From the NCBI GenBank assembly GCA_951406725.2, contig OX597818.1, positions 42,966,001 through 43,030,000 of the forward strand: 64,000 nt of DNA, read 5' to 3'. The notes below the pieces were generated by a model that was not told the origin of the DNA, ran no database searches, and worked only from the letters and a program-made list of their open reading frames with translations. This document shows, in pieces, positions 49,273-61,289 of this stretch. This DNA comes from Octopus vulgaris. Lineage: Eukaryota. A program made the position numbers and the translations under genes. Each line of letters opens with the position of its first letter. The first letter of the stretch is position 1.

Positions 49273-50380
49273 AGGATGTAAACATTGGTGAGAAAACTAA
49301 AAATACCAGAGCTTTTCAAACAAAGTGTTATATTGTATTCAGTTGTGGACATTCACTTGTCATACTTGCAATCAGAAATACATTGCATCAATGACCAATC
49401 CATTGGAAATCTGTAACCAATGATGCTATTGTTCATCAATTATGATATAAAAAAAGAAGCATAACATAGATAAATAGCAAAGCTGATACATATGAGAAGA
49501 CCAGTTATTGGAATCTGCCTGATAATTACAAAGACAACTACCTAAAGCAGAAGGTGGTTTGAAATTTCCCATCCTTTATGAGTACTTTCATTTTATGTTG
49601 TCATACATTTTAAATAAATTTTTTCATGTATTATGATTTTGCCCCTTTTCCCATTTATTGTATGTGTGCTTCAGTACATAGCCTCAACCTTACTGGCTCA
49701 GTCAAACTGAAGAATTCCAACATTTTTGTTTGTAATTATTTTCTATAAAATGTTTTGTATGCATGTATAAGGCCCCTGTGGCTACAAAAGAAATGACTAT
49801 TATTATTTGTGGTAACAGTAGTAAGATTACTATTAATGTATATGATATGTCAATACATTTTTAATAAAGATGAAGGAAACCATTTCCATATGGCAAGTGC
49901 AATTCAACAAGAGAGAGAGAGAGAGAGAGCAGCTTAAAACTGACTTTTTATTGATCTGCCATGAGAAAAATCTTATCTGATAGCAATTGGTGTACAAAAT
50001 TGATCCAATCCTCTAAAATAAAGGTGTTCATGGTATGTTGAACATAAGCAATGTTTTCTATTGGAAATATCTAAATCTGACTTGTATAATTGCCTGGTTC
50101 CTGTGTGTGCATGTGTGTACACTTATATATATATAAAGGTATGAACAAATTGGACATTGATTTACAGATGCTCAAACTGAACATCAATTGCATCAACCAT
50201 GCAAGTCTGGGAAGGATTGTTAAGGTTGTGGGTGCCGACTCCCACTCCTCTGTCTAGTCCATGAAATAAAGCTAGGTTCTGATATTTCCAATACAAAAAT
50301 TTTGTCTGTGTTCAACATAATATGCACACCTAAATTTTAGAGAAATGGATCAATTATGTTTTCCAATTTCTCTGTGATAA

Positions 50381-50603
50381 GATATCTATCTATCTATCTA
50401 TCTATCTATCCATCCGCTCAGTCGAAGTCGACTCTCGGTTACTCGTTGGATCAGTGTCCTCCAGTCAGTTCTATCCTGGGCCGCTTCTTTCAGACTGGCT
50501 ATGTCCATTCCGGTATCACTCTTGATGGTGTCAAGCCAGTGGGTTCTTGGTTGGCCTCTTCCTCTCTTGCCACTGACCATTCCGAGCATGATGTCCTTCT
50601 CTA
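50381..50603 (-). pseudogene. BovB-like RTE LINE 3' end with (GATA)n tail
   Basis: MLGMVSGKRGRGQPRTHWLDTIKSDTGMDIASLKEAAQDRTDWRTLIQRVTESRLRLSG parallels the BovB C-terminus (MLGKIEGRRRRGRQRMRWLDGI...DREAWRAAVHGVAKSRTRL). Confidence 0.85.
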
Positions 50604-50674
50604 TGGATCAAAAGTGGTAAGATTATCCCATTATAAATATACACCCCGATTCTCCATGTAAATTTAGGTTCAAA

Positions 50675-51070
50675 TACAGCTTTGTGGTTGAGAAGTTCAA
50701 TTCACAACAATGTGGTTTCACTCCATGCCCACTACGTGGCACCTTGGACAATTGTCTTCATTTATAGCCCTGTTTGACAAAAAGTCTTTTGAGTAGATTT
50801 GGTTGACAGGAACTGAAAGAAACCTGTACGATGAATATGCATGTGTGTTCCCTCAATATTGTGCAATAGTTGCAAATGAGTGTCACCATCATACAAGAAG
50901 ACTCATTCTTTTTGAACCTTTTGTGAAAACATGTCCAGCCACAGGGAAATATTTTCTTGTGTGAAAACAGGTGAAGGTTGGCAACAGGAAGGACATCCAG
51001 TTGTAGAACATGTGATTCAATGAGCTTCATCTGCATCATGCAAACATGGAAAAGTGGACTTTAAAATGAT
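50675..51070 (+). mobile_element. SINE family C (A-like head, RTE tail)
   Basis: cgtggcaccttggacaattgtctt...gaaggacatccag...catggaaaagtggactttaaaatgat; same layout as 7263-7672. Confidence 0.75.
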
Positions 51071-51545
51071 CTCTCTCTCACTCTATCCCTCCCTCTCTTA
51101 CACACACATACATTTATCTCAATGTATGTGGTCAATGTGTGGTCAATGGTAAATTGACAGTGTGGGTGACAAAGTGAAAGAAATAGCAGTGACTCAAGGT
51201 GGACGTGATAAGTGGTAGTACAGAAAAGGTGGAGAGCAACAGTATAATAAACCTGTAGATAGACCAGAAAATGGGGTGATGATGTACAGAGTGGGAGAGC
51301 TGGGAAGAGGGAGAGATGTACAGTGACAAAGATGGATATTGGAGATGTGGTGCAGGAGTGGTGGTGGTGGGGGGGGACAAAGGTGGGATGGAGCATCAAC
51401 AGCAAATATTAGAGGGTGTTGAGAATGATAGCAGGTATGAGCGAGTATTAGAGATGAGGTATGGCAAACCTAAGACGTAGCTCAGAGAAGGAGAGATACT
51501 TGGAGGCACAGGAAGGGGTGATCAGTGGGAAATAAAGTGGGAACG

Positions 51546-51727
51546 GATAAAATACCAACAGATTTTATTTGAAAAACTAAAATACTGGTATCAAATTATA
51601 TTTTCTATACTTCTATACTAAGTATGTCTATTCAGTTTAGCGGTATAGAAAACATCCTAATTTACAAATTCTGATAATATATTCCTAATTCTACTACTAA
51701 TGCCAGATGAATTCCCAATGGTCTGTG
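51546..51727 (+). repeat. ~185-bp AT-rich repeat with an inverted copy at 56401-56588
   Basis: aaaatactggtatcaaattatattttctata...gccagatgaattcccaatggt is the reverse complement of accattgggaattcatctggc...tatagaaaatataatttgataccagtatttt. Confidence 0.85.
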
Positions 51728-52085
51728 TGTGTTGTACAAAGAAGTATGGAGTGCTGAAAGTAAGGGGAAGCTTTGGAAGAAGGGACCTTGAAAAACTTGG
51801 GACAAAATAGTGAACAGTTATGAAACTGATTAGAAGAAACTGCAGCTCACAGAAGAGATGACAAAGGACCATACTCATTGTTGATATGTGGTACAGCAGA
51901 AATTATACACTGCAGAAATAGAGATATATGATGTTGACAGCCTACATATCCTAGATACAATCAGTGAGAAATCTACCATGATACTGGCTTGTATAGCAAT
52001 GATTGGTTAGCTATATTCCAATACACGCACACACACACACACACACACCGACACACACTCACACACACAGACACACACGCACACA

Positions 52086-52203
52086 CATGTTCTGTTGTGT
52101 CTGGAGAGAGTCATTTTCTTTTTGTGCCTTATAATTTAACACTCACTGGTAAAATTATAAGGCACAAAAAGAAAATGACCCTCCCCAGACACAACAGAAT
52201 ATG
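52086..52203. repeat. 118-bp palindrome (52-bp arms, 14-nt loop)
   Basis: catgttctgttgtgtctggagagagtcattttctttttgtgccttataattt / aaattataaggcacaaaaagaaaatgaccctccccagacacaacagaatatg. Confidence 0.92.
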
Positions 52204-52791
52204 CTTCAACACACAAATTCACATAAAGAATCTTGCAAACCAAATCCCAAAACGAAATATATATATGTTACTTTTCAAAACTTTTGGCCTAAAAATAACT
52301 ACTACCATGTATCGTAATATCAAATAAAAATCTTATAGCAAACCCAGTGAAAAACTTGCATACATTAGCATAGATACAAGCTGTCAACCTACAAATTTTC
52401 AAAACCTGATTATTAATATCAGTTGAAGTATCTTCAACCCATACACATCATCCTTATCATTGTTATGTTCTCTCACTAATACCCTGATACCACTTTCCAT
52501 TTTCCCTCCTATTTTCCATATCCATCTTATCTTTCTTTCACGCACCACTTTATCCACCCATGTATAACATGGGGTAGCACTCATCTCCTTCTCCCCATCA
52601 TCATCCTGTTATCTTCTAATTTTCTCTCACCTACTCCCCCTGGCACTACTTTTCACTTTCCCACCTATTATTCCTTTCTTTAACACCGTCTCTGTTAGTC
52701 TCTCCTTTGCCTCTCTCTTTCAATAATAAGCCAGTATAACTCCAGTCAGAACTGTCTTGGACCACAACAAACTGTCCAACCTCTGCAAGTA

Positions 52792-53150
52792 TATTTCTTT
52801 ATTACCCACAAGGGGCTAAACATAGAGGGGACAAACAAGGACAGACAAAGGAATTAAATTGATTACATCGACTCCAGTGCGTTACTGGTACTTAATTTAT
52901 CGACCCCGAAAGGATGAAAGGCAAAGTCGACCTCGGCGGAATTTGAACTCAAGAACGTAGTGGCAGACGAAATACCTATTTCTTTACTACCCACAAGGGG
53001 CTAAACACAGAAGGGACAAACAAGGACAGACAAAGGGATTAAATCGATTACATCGACTCCAGTGCGTTACTGGTACTTAATTTATTGACCCCGAAAGGAT
53101 GAAAGGCAAAGTCGACCTCAGCGGAATTTGAACTCACAACGTAACGGCAG
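52792..53150 (-). mobile_element. Head-less tandem dimer of young SINE E (junction 52976|52977)
   Basis: Two ~180-bp units, each starting tatttcttta(t/c)tacccacaagggg, joined at gaaatacc|tatttc. Confidence 0.9.
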
Positions 53151-53586
53151 TATGGCACATAGACTCGTTCACTCCATCACTTGGTCCACCTTCACATCCC
53201 ACCCCATTATCACTTTGTCCTCCCTACTCTTCTCCACACCAGTTCATAACATTACTCTTCCCCTTCCCCTTTCCTCTAGCTCTGTTATTCCAGTCCAACA
53301 ATGTTCTCTCTGTTAATTTCTTCATTAGCCATACTTTCACAATAAATCCATCATGGAGGCTCTGTTTTACTTAGCAAGCTGCAAGGCAACCTCTAACAGT
53401 ACTGGTGCCTAAAAAGTACACTCTGTAAAGTGTTTGATGTTAGTAAGGACATCCAGTCATAGAAACCATGACAAAAGAGACATTAAAGCAAGGTGTGGTT
53501 CGCCAACCTGTTAAATCCTTTCAAATTGTCCTAAATTGAAAGTATGTAAAATAATAATAATGATAATGATGCATGTGTGTGCGTAA

Positions 53587-53714
<128 letters not shown>

Positions 53715-54901
53715 TATAAGTATATGTATGTATTTGAAGCATCAACAAATTAAAAGGGGAAGAATGAAAATGATCAGTGATGAAAGTGGTGAGAGGAAAA
53801 AAATTATTGTCTTTTGACTTTCCAATTGTTTATGTAATGATATCAAAATATAGCCACAATAGATTAGAGATGCCTCGTTAAACATTGAAAATGTTTTAAT
53901 AATTTGTTATTTTCAGCAGTTCAGCTATTAACGAAGGTTGATGTTTTGGCATAATCACATGATGTATTTCACAAATTATCAAATATTCTTTATCAAATAT
54001 TCTTTTTTAAGGAAATTCAATTTCAGGACCATAAGACCCTTCATTAAACTATCAGTTTGTAGAAAATATCAAAACTTTACAACAACTAGATTGATCTCTC
54101 ATTCTTCTTGACCTTTCTGATATCCAGTATTAGGTCAACTGGACTTTATGTATCTTTTTGAAATCATAACCAAATCATTGTATATCAGCTCTTGCACTTA
54201 TGTTGGACAGAATGACAGACATGCTACATAACCTGATGTTTATGTAGCAGTCACAGACTACTGTCTTCCATAGATTATTTAGATCAGTTTGGGAAGGATT
54301 ACTTTAGTTCTTTGTAATGCTTCCTTGATGACTTAGCTGACTACAGCTCCAAGTGTCTCCAACAGTACATGGCAAGCTGCAGCTGTTTCCTTGCTATTTT
54401 CTTGGTCAAGTAGGAGGTCACCATTGAGCTGCTTATTGCTAAAAGGACAGAATAAATAATGGAATGCTCAAACAATATCAACAGTTGGCTTCAAAGGCAA
54501 GATCCACTCCCATCATCATATACATTTGCTATCCATGCTGGCATTGGTTGGACAGGTCATCACTGTCCCAGTTTCCTCCTATTGGGAGTAACAGCTCCCT
54601 CAGCTTAGGTGCTCATATGCTCATTTTAGCTTGGTTTCTATGGATGGATGCCCTTCCTTATGTCAACACCTATACAGAGGTATATTGGGTGCATTTTTTG
54701 TGGTAGCAACCTTGAGAGGTTGAGTAGTCATTGATTAGACAAAACTAGAGTCATCTTTATTTTCCAACAATTTTATAAAAGCTGTCTCTCTTGCTTGTTG
54801 TGTTTAGATTTTAATTACCATTTGAGGTACTTTTGTCTACTAATTGCACGAATAATCTTAGTCACTCAAATATTTTCTACATTGAGTCTGATCCTTTTCT
54901 G

Positions 54902-55335
54902 AAGTGCTAACCTTGGATCATAGAGTAACCCGCTGTTCTAGAGGAGACCTATTGAGTCAAGTACGTTAACACCAACATCAAAATGAAAATCAAATGGAAA
55001 TTGTAGTTAAGATACCCGTGCCAGTGACACGTTAAAAGCACCATCTGAACGTGGCAGTTGCCAGTGCCGCCTGACTGGCGTCTGTGTCGGTGACACGTAA
55101 AACCACCAACTGATCATGGCCGTTTGCCAACCTGCCCTGGCCCCTGTGCCAGCGGCACATAAAAAGCACCCACTACACTCATGGAATGGTTGGCATTAGG
55201 AAGGGCATCCAGCTGTAGAAACACTACCAGATCAGACTGGAGCCTGGTGCAGCCTCCTGGCTTCCCAGACCCCACTCGAATTGTCCAACCCATGCCAGCA
55301 TGGAAAGCGGACGTTAAACAATGATGATGGTGATT
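54902..55335 (+). mobile_element. Longer family B copy linking the RTE ORF end to the (GAT)n terminus
   Basis: gagacctattgagtcaagta matches 1606-1624 of the RTE at 975-1878; three tandem units follow, then the terminus. Confidence 0.88.
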
Positions 55336-56400
55336 ACACATATGAGACCCTTTTGTCACTCTGTTTTCAGCAATCCTGTAACCCAGTTTTCATAGCTGTT
55401 AGTGATTCCATTCACTGTACTTCATGAATTTTGTTTATTCAATTCTACTAATAATCCATTTAGAAATTATAATTATTAAATACATTTCTATTTATAAATT
55501 CATTTGTGCATACTTTCAGTTTGAACTGGCATCAAGCAGCTCTGAGTATCATGTCTAATATCCTATACTACAAAGACAATTTTTGTTTTCATCTCCTATG
55601 AAGATCTAGAATACATTTTGGTGTTGTCAGTGATTGCTAATTTGGAGATGTCATGCAACAAGAATGATTGCAATTAAAATTTAATCAAATATGGGATTAT
55701 TTTAATTATTATGTGATGTGATATTTCATTGTTAGTGCTGAAAAACTTCAGCTTTTAATTTAAACAAGAACTTTCTTTGAAAATAACGAAACTGTTGGTT
55801 GTGTGAGAAATCAACCAACTGTTTTGTGTTAAAAAATTTGATTATTATAATAGTAACAGCTTCCTTCATTATCAGATATTTTGTATGTCTAGGTTAGATG
55901 TATAATTGATGGAAATATTCAGAGAAAAAGTTAAATGATTGATTAAGTTTTGGTTTAAATTTCAAAAAATGAAAATATCCTACTAAAATCTTTTATATAT
56001 CTGTCCTTTAATGAAAATGTTATAAAGCAATCTCTCTAACTATTCTGTTCATTGGTTATTAGCGCAATTATAGAATTACAATTATATGTAATAATGTTAA
56101 TTTATATTTGGAATCAAATTTTAATTCTGTTGTAAAAAGAGTATAATATTTTGATAATCCCATTTATGATACCAAGAATAAGTTGGCTTTATTTCCAGCA
56201 ATCTGAGTTGCTATAAAGTTTGCTGGCTACTAAAATTTCCGTATGTTTTATTTGTAATTTAATTAGTTTCAAATCACATTTCTATCTCAGCACTTATAGG
56301 TGTAAATGTTTCAACTACTAACTCACAATTTCTAAAGAATTATCATAAAACATAAGCTGCAGTATTATATGTCAAGCTTAGAAATAAATGCCATGATTCT

Positions 56401-56588
56401 CACATACCATTGGGAATTCATCTGGCATTAGTGGTAGAATTAGGAATGTATTGTCAGGAATTTGTAAATTGGGATGTTTTCTATACTACTAAACTGAATA
56501 GACATACTTAGGGTAGAAATATAGAAAATATAATTTGATACCAGTATTTTAGTATTTCAAATAAAATCTGCTTAGTTAGTATTTTATC
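56401..56588 (-). repeat. Inverted copy of 51546-51727
   Basis: See the partner feature. Confidence 0.85.
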
Positions 56589-56892
56589 ATAATAAAGTAA
56601 ACTGTTATTTTTTCCGCATATCACTTATAAATTCCATGTTTTTAAAGTTCTACAATGGAAAGAGTTTAGAAGTTAGTGTTGTTTTAGCCCAGACCAGTCT
56701 TCTGATCAGAGGTATTCTAGACAACATCATTCTGTTTTATTTTTGTGCATTTTTTTTTTCTAGGTACAGTGAACTTGAAACTACAATGTTGAATCTGTTT
56801 TCTTTTTTTAGAGAGTAGTGTGTGATTTGAGGAAGATTTGATCTCTAAGTGATTGAATAGAGGTTCCCACATTGGTCAAATATATATATATA

Positions 56893-57272
56893 TACTCTTT
56901 TACTTGTTTCAGTCATTTGACTGTGGCCATGCTGGAGCACCGCCTTTAGTTGAGCAAATCGACCCCAGGACTTATTCTTTGTAAGCCCAGTACTTATTCT
57001 ATCGGCCTCTTTTGCCGAACCGCTAGGTGACAGGGACGTAAACACACCAGCATCGGTTGTCAAGCAATGCTAGGGGGACAAACACACACATACATATATA
57101 TATATATATACACACATATATACGACAGGCTTCTTTCAGTTTCCATCTACCAAATCCACTCACAAGGCATTGGTCGGCCCGAGGCTATAGCAGAAGACAC
57201 TTGCCCAAGATGCCACGCAGTGGGACTGAACCTGGAACCATATGGTTGGTTAGCAAGCTACTTACCACACAG

Positions 57273-57274
<2 letters not shown>
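56893..57274 (-). mobile_element. SINE family A, near full length, in (TA)n
   Basis: ctcttttacttgtttcagtc...cttaccacacagcca. Confidence 0.92.
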
Positions 57275-57315
<41 letters not shown>

Positions 57316-58156
57316 AAAAACAGTAGGGTATGATTTGTGAGAGATTTTAGTTACTGTTTCTTGAAGCTTGAGCAGCCTCATAGAAGCTCCATCCATTTTT
57401 ATTTGAGATTGACTTGTGTGATTCAGGGGTTACTTGTCTACCATTTCTAGTTGATCAAGCAAGCATGCAGAGAATTTACGCAGTTTGATACTAGTAAATT
57501 TCAGATAAAATATGGCATAAAGTTTGTTAAAAACAAAAGGAAATAGCTTTTCCTTGATCTTCATTATATCATTTAACTTTTTAGTCCAAATTTTTATCCT
57601 TTTTAATAGAAAGAACTCACTTAATATTATCTAACAAATGTGTTTAAATAAAATTTTGACTCAAACTTATTGCTTTGATCTAATCAATTGAAAGGGATAA
57701 AAGCATCTTTCTGCTGATAATTGTAGACTAGATCAATATTGAATTGCTATCATAAACTACAAACAAATCTATCACCATTTGATTTTGAATTATTGAATTT
57801 TCTAAGAATAAACTACATATAATAGGATTTTGAAAAATATAAATTAGTATTGAAAATGCTTCCAAAACATAAACAAACAATTTAAAGAAAGATTCCAATC
57901 AAGGATGTAGGTCTATTATTCTGAAAGCACAGCATCTATTATTTTTGCTTATTTACTTACATCATAGTTTTCAGCATTTACAAGTAAATCCATGAGCTGT
58001 TCAGATGGTTCACAACATGTAGTAAACAATTTCTGTTACCCATAGGACCTAATTAGTGCTACATAAGTGAAATTATAGGAGTTAGTGTAAAAAATAATAT
58101 GATAGATATAAAGAAAGATTACTACATCTGCCTCTCTCTCTTTCTTTTTCTCTGTT

Positions 58157-58206
<50 letters not shown>

Positions 58207-58680
58207 AGTCTCTCTGTTTGTCTGTCTATCTATCTGTCTCTCACTGTTTCTGTCTGTCTGTCCTCTCTCTGACAGACTATCTGGAGCATAGCTACAGGAT
58301 AAAGCTTTATAGACTTAGAATGACAGACATGTAGAGGTTGGAGAAATGACTCTGATGGCTGGCTGTGTAATGTAAACTTGTATAATAGGTGGAGTGCAAA
58401 AGCATCACTAGTAATTAAAGATATAAGCTGGAAAGAGATGGCTGTGCTGATATGCATGATGACTACTGATAGTAAAAGGTGTTTGTGTCACTAGAAAACC
58501 TTAGCAAGACATAAAAAGTCTTATCTCAAGACACTGAGTCTCTCAAACAAAATAAAGTGTGGCTGAGATGAGAGGTGATATGTCATACTGCAGACTTTCC
58601 TAATACATGCAAACATGGACTCATATTTGGAGCGAGTTTCAAGTGATAATAAAATAAAATAATAATAATAATAATAATAG

Positions 58681-59049
58681 AAAGCAAATGATGCTGGATC
58701 ATAGATATAGCATGCCCAGCTGACAACAAGGTGTGCGATAAGGAAGAAAGAAAAGTCGATAGATATGATAGGTTAGCTTGGGAGGTTAAGCAGTTGTGGT
58801 CACTGAAAAAGGTGGTAGTAATACCAATAATTGTTGGAGCCCTGGTAACAGTGAGTAAAAATCTTGAGAAGTACATGGAACAAATAGGGGCTGCAATAAG
58901 GGTGGAGCACTTGCAGAAAACAGCACTGCTTAGAACCGCTTGAATACTCTGGATGGTGCTCGAAAAATAAGGGGTTTTACCTAGGTTCTCTGATAGTGAA
59001 CAGCTGACACTGTAGTACATCTCCAGTGTTAGAAGCTGTGCGAAGACAA
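58681..59049 (+). pseudogene. R4/Dong-clade non-LTR element 3' end (restriction-like endonuclease C-terminus) inserted in (TAA)n
   Basis: CWIIDIACPADNKVCDKEERKVDRYDRLAWEVKQLWSLKKVVVIPIIVGALVTVSKNLEKY...LQKTALLRTA*; (AAT)n on both sides, consistent with Dong's known TAA-repeat targeting. Confidence 0.85.
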
Positions 59050-59469
59050 TAAAATAATAATAATATTATTATTATTAATAATAATAATAATAATAATGAT
59101 GATAATAAATACCCTGATGCAGTACAAAGCTGTGGCTCTCATGGCTTTTGATCTTAACTGATTGGAAGTGTTCTCATGTACATGTTTTGCCTTGGTATAA
59201 AAGATGGACTATGACAAATATTTTGCTCAATATCACAGATTTGCTTGTCAGTTACTTGGCCTTAATAGTTGAGCATGTTCCTTAATGGCTGATGATTTGT
59301 ACATCTCTGATCATGAGCAAAAGTAGTGGGGGGAGCATCGTAGCTATGTGTAGAGAGGAATTCTTTGGAGTTTGAATAATTCCCCTCTGGAAATGGGTGT
59401 TTCGACACTTCATGCGTCTTCCACAAGTTCAAAATAATCATCTCAATCTACTTCATTTTGGTAATATTT

Positions 59470-59907
59470 CTACTAAAGGCACAAGGCCTGAAATTTTGTG
59501 GGGAGGAGACTAGTTGATAGCATCAAACCAGTGCATAGCTGGTACTTATTTCCTTGACCCTGAAAGGATGAAAGGCAGTCAACCTTGTCAGAATTTGAAC
59601 TCAGAACATAATACCTATTTCTTTATTACCCACAAGGGGCTAAACATACAGGGGACAAAGGACAGACATAGGTATTAAGTCGATTACATCGACCCCAGTG
59701 TGTAAAACTGGTACTTAATTTATCGACCCCGGACGGATGAAAGGCAAAGTCGACTTCGGCGGAATTTGAACTCAGAACGTAACGGTAGATGAAATACGGC
59801 TACACATTTTGCCCGGCGTGCTAACATTTCTGCCAGCTCGCCGCCTTAAACATAATACCACTAAGCATTTTTCCCAGTGTGCTAATGATTCTGCCAGCTT
59901 GCCTCTT
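59470..59907 (-). mobile_element. Older SINE E hosting a nested young SINE E
   Basis: Host tail at 59470-59615 and host head at 59849-59907. Confidence 0.8.
59616..59848 (-). mobile_element. Young full-length SINE E with 11-bp TSD aacataatacc
   Basis: TSD at 59605-59615 and 59849-59859. Confidence 0.88.
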
Positions 59908-59924
59908 CAATAGTAGTAGTGGTG

Positions 59925-59968
<44 letters not shown>

Positions 59969-61289
59969 AGTAGTAGTGATGGTGATGAGTTTATTTATTG
60001 CTCTCAAGAACCTAAGATATTGGTGATAGTGCAAGAGGGGAATACAAAAATAGTGGCATGTTTACCATTGAGTAAAAACAATACATAATAAAATGTCAAC
60101 AAGAAAAATGTCCCCAATTCAAAGGAAAACCACCCTGAATAATTCATGTGACTTCCCCCTACCACCATGGATTTCTGAATTGCCCTGACACTTCAAAGGC
60201 AAAAGTGACCCCTTCCAGTTTCATAACTCTTGTAAACAGGAGACAAGAAATTGAGAGAGGGCATGTTTGTTTTGCTGTTGTTTCTGCTCTTGTTGTTGCT
60301 GTTATTGTAACTGTATCTTTTGTTCTTGTGTTTGTTGTACCTCTTTGTTGTTGTGGCTCTTGTTGCTGTTGCTCTGGTTGCTGTTAGTGATGTGACTCTT
60401 GTTGGTCTGACTTGAATATTCAGCCACATCATTTTGGTTTTTATTGGTCTTAGTATGACCACTGGTATCACCCTATCTCTCTTCCTCTTTGTTGACCACT
60501 CCACTCTCATTCTTTGGTGTCCTTGGCATTTTCCTCTTTCAAAGGATCGATGTCAAACTTAATGTCCATATTTTCTGGGATTTCTTATTGTTGCTAGGAA
60601 TGCGTCTTCATCAGTTCCTTTGTGTATGTCTGAAGTAGAAGTTGTTCAGAAGCTTCATAATTTATTTCAGTGCAAAATTAATCAATAAACAAACTAAAAC
60701 AATTACATAAAAAGAAATTAATGTTTCTGTAATTGATCAAATTGAAGAAATGTCATTGATTTTTCTAAATGTAAATGCAAAACTGAGACACTGCTGTATA
60801 CTATGACTACTGGCATTAAATTTTTCTCTGCTGGATTGAAATAAACAATCTTGTGTGTAGGATTGAATAAAATCAACAATCTCTGAAGTAGCTTTAAATA
60901 TAGATAGCATTAAAAATGAAATATCTTTCTCCACTTCATCATCATTTTATATGTTTCTTTTTTTATGCTTGCATAGGTTGTATAGGTCTCCTCCTGCACA
61001 GTATCTCACTCTTTGTGGTTCTTTGTCATATCTTTTATGAGGTTCAGCCTCCTGTCATCATCTTTCACCACTTCTTTTTATGTCTTCTTTAATCTTCCTC
61101 TTCTGCAACTTCCTTAGTTCATTTGGAACTTCTTTATTCAACTGTCATTCTCAGTATGTGTATCACATGTCTGTACTAGCAAAGTTTCCTCTTTTGCTCA
61201 CTGCATCTGAATCTCTTACATATATTAAATTTTTTCTCTCATCTTGTTTGTACTTTGTCATTCATATACACCAACAGTGTAGATTCAGC

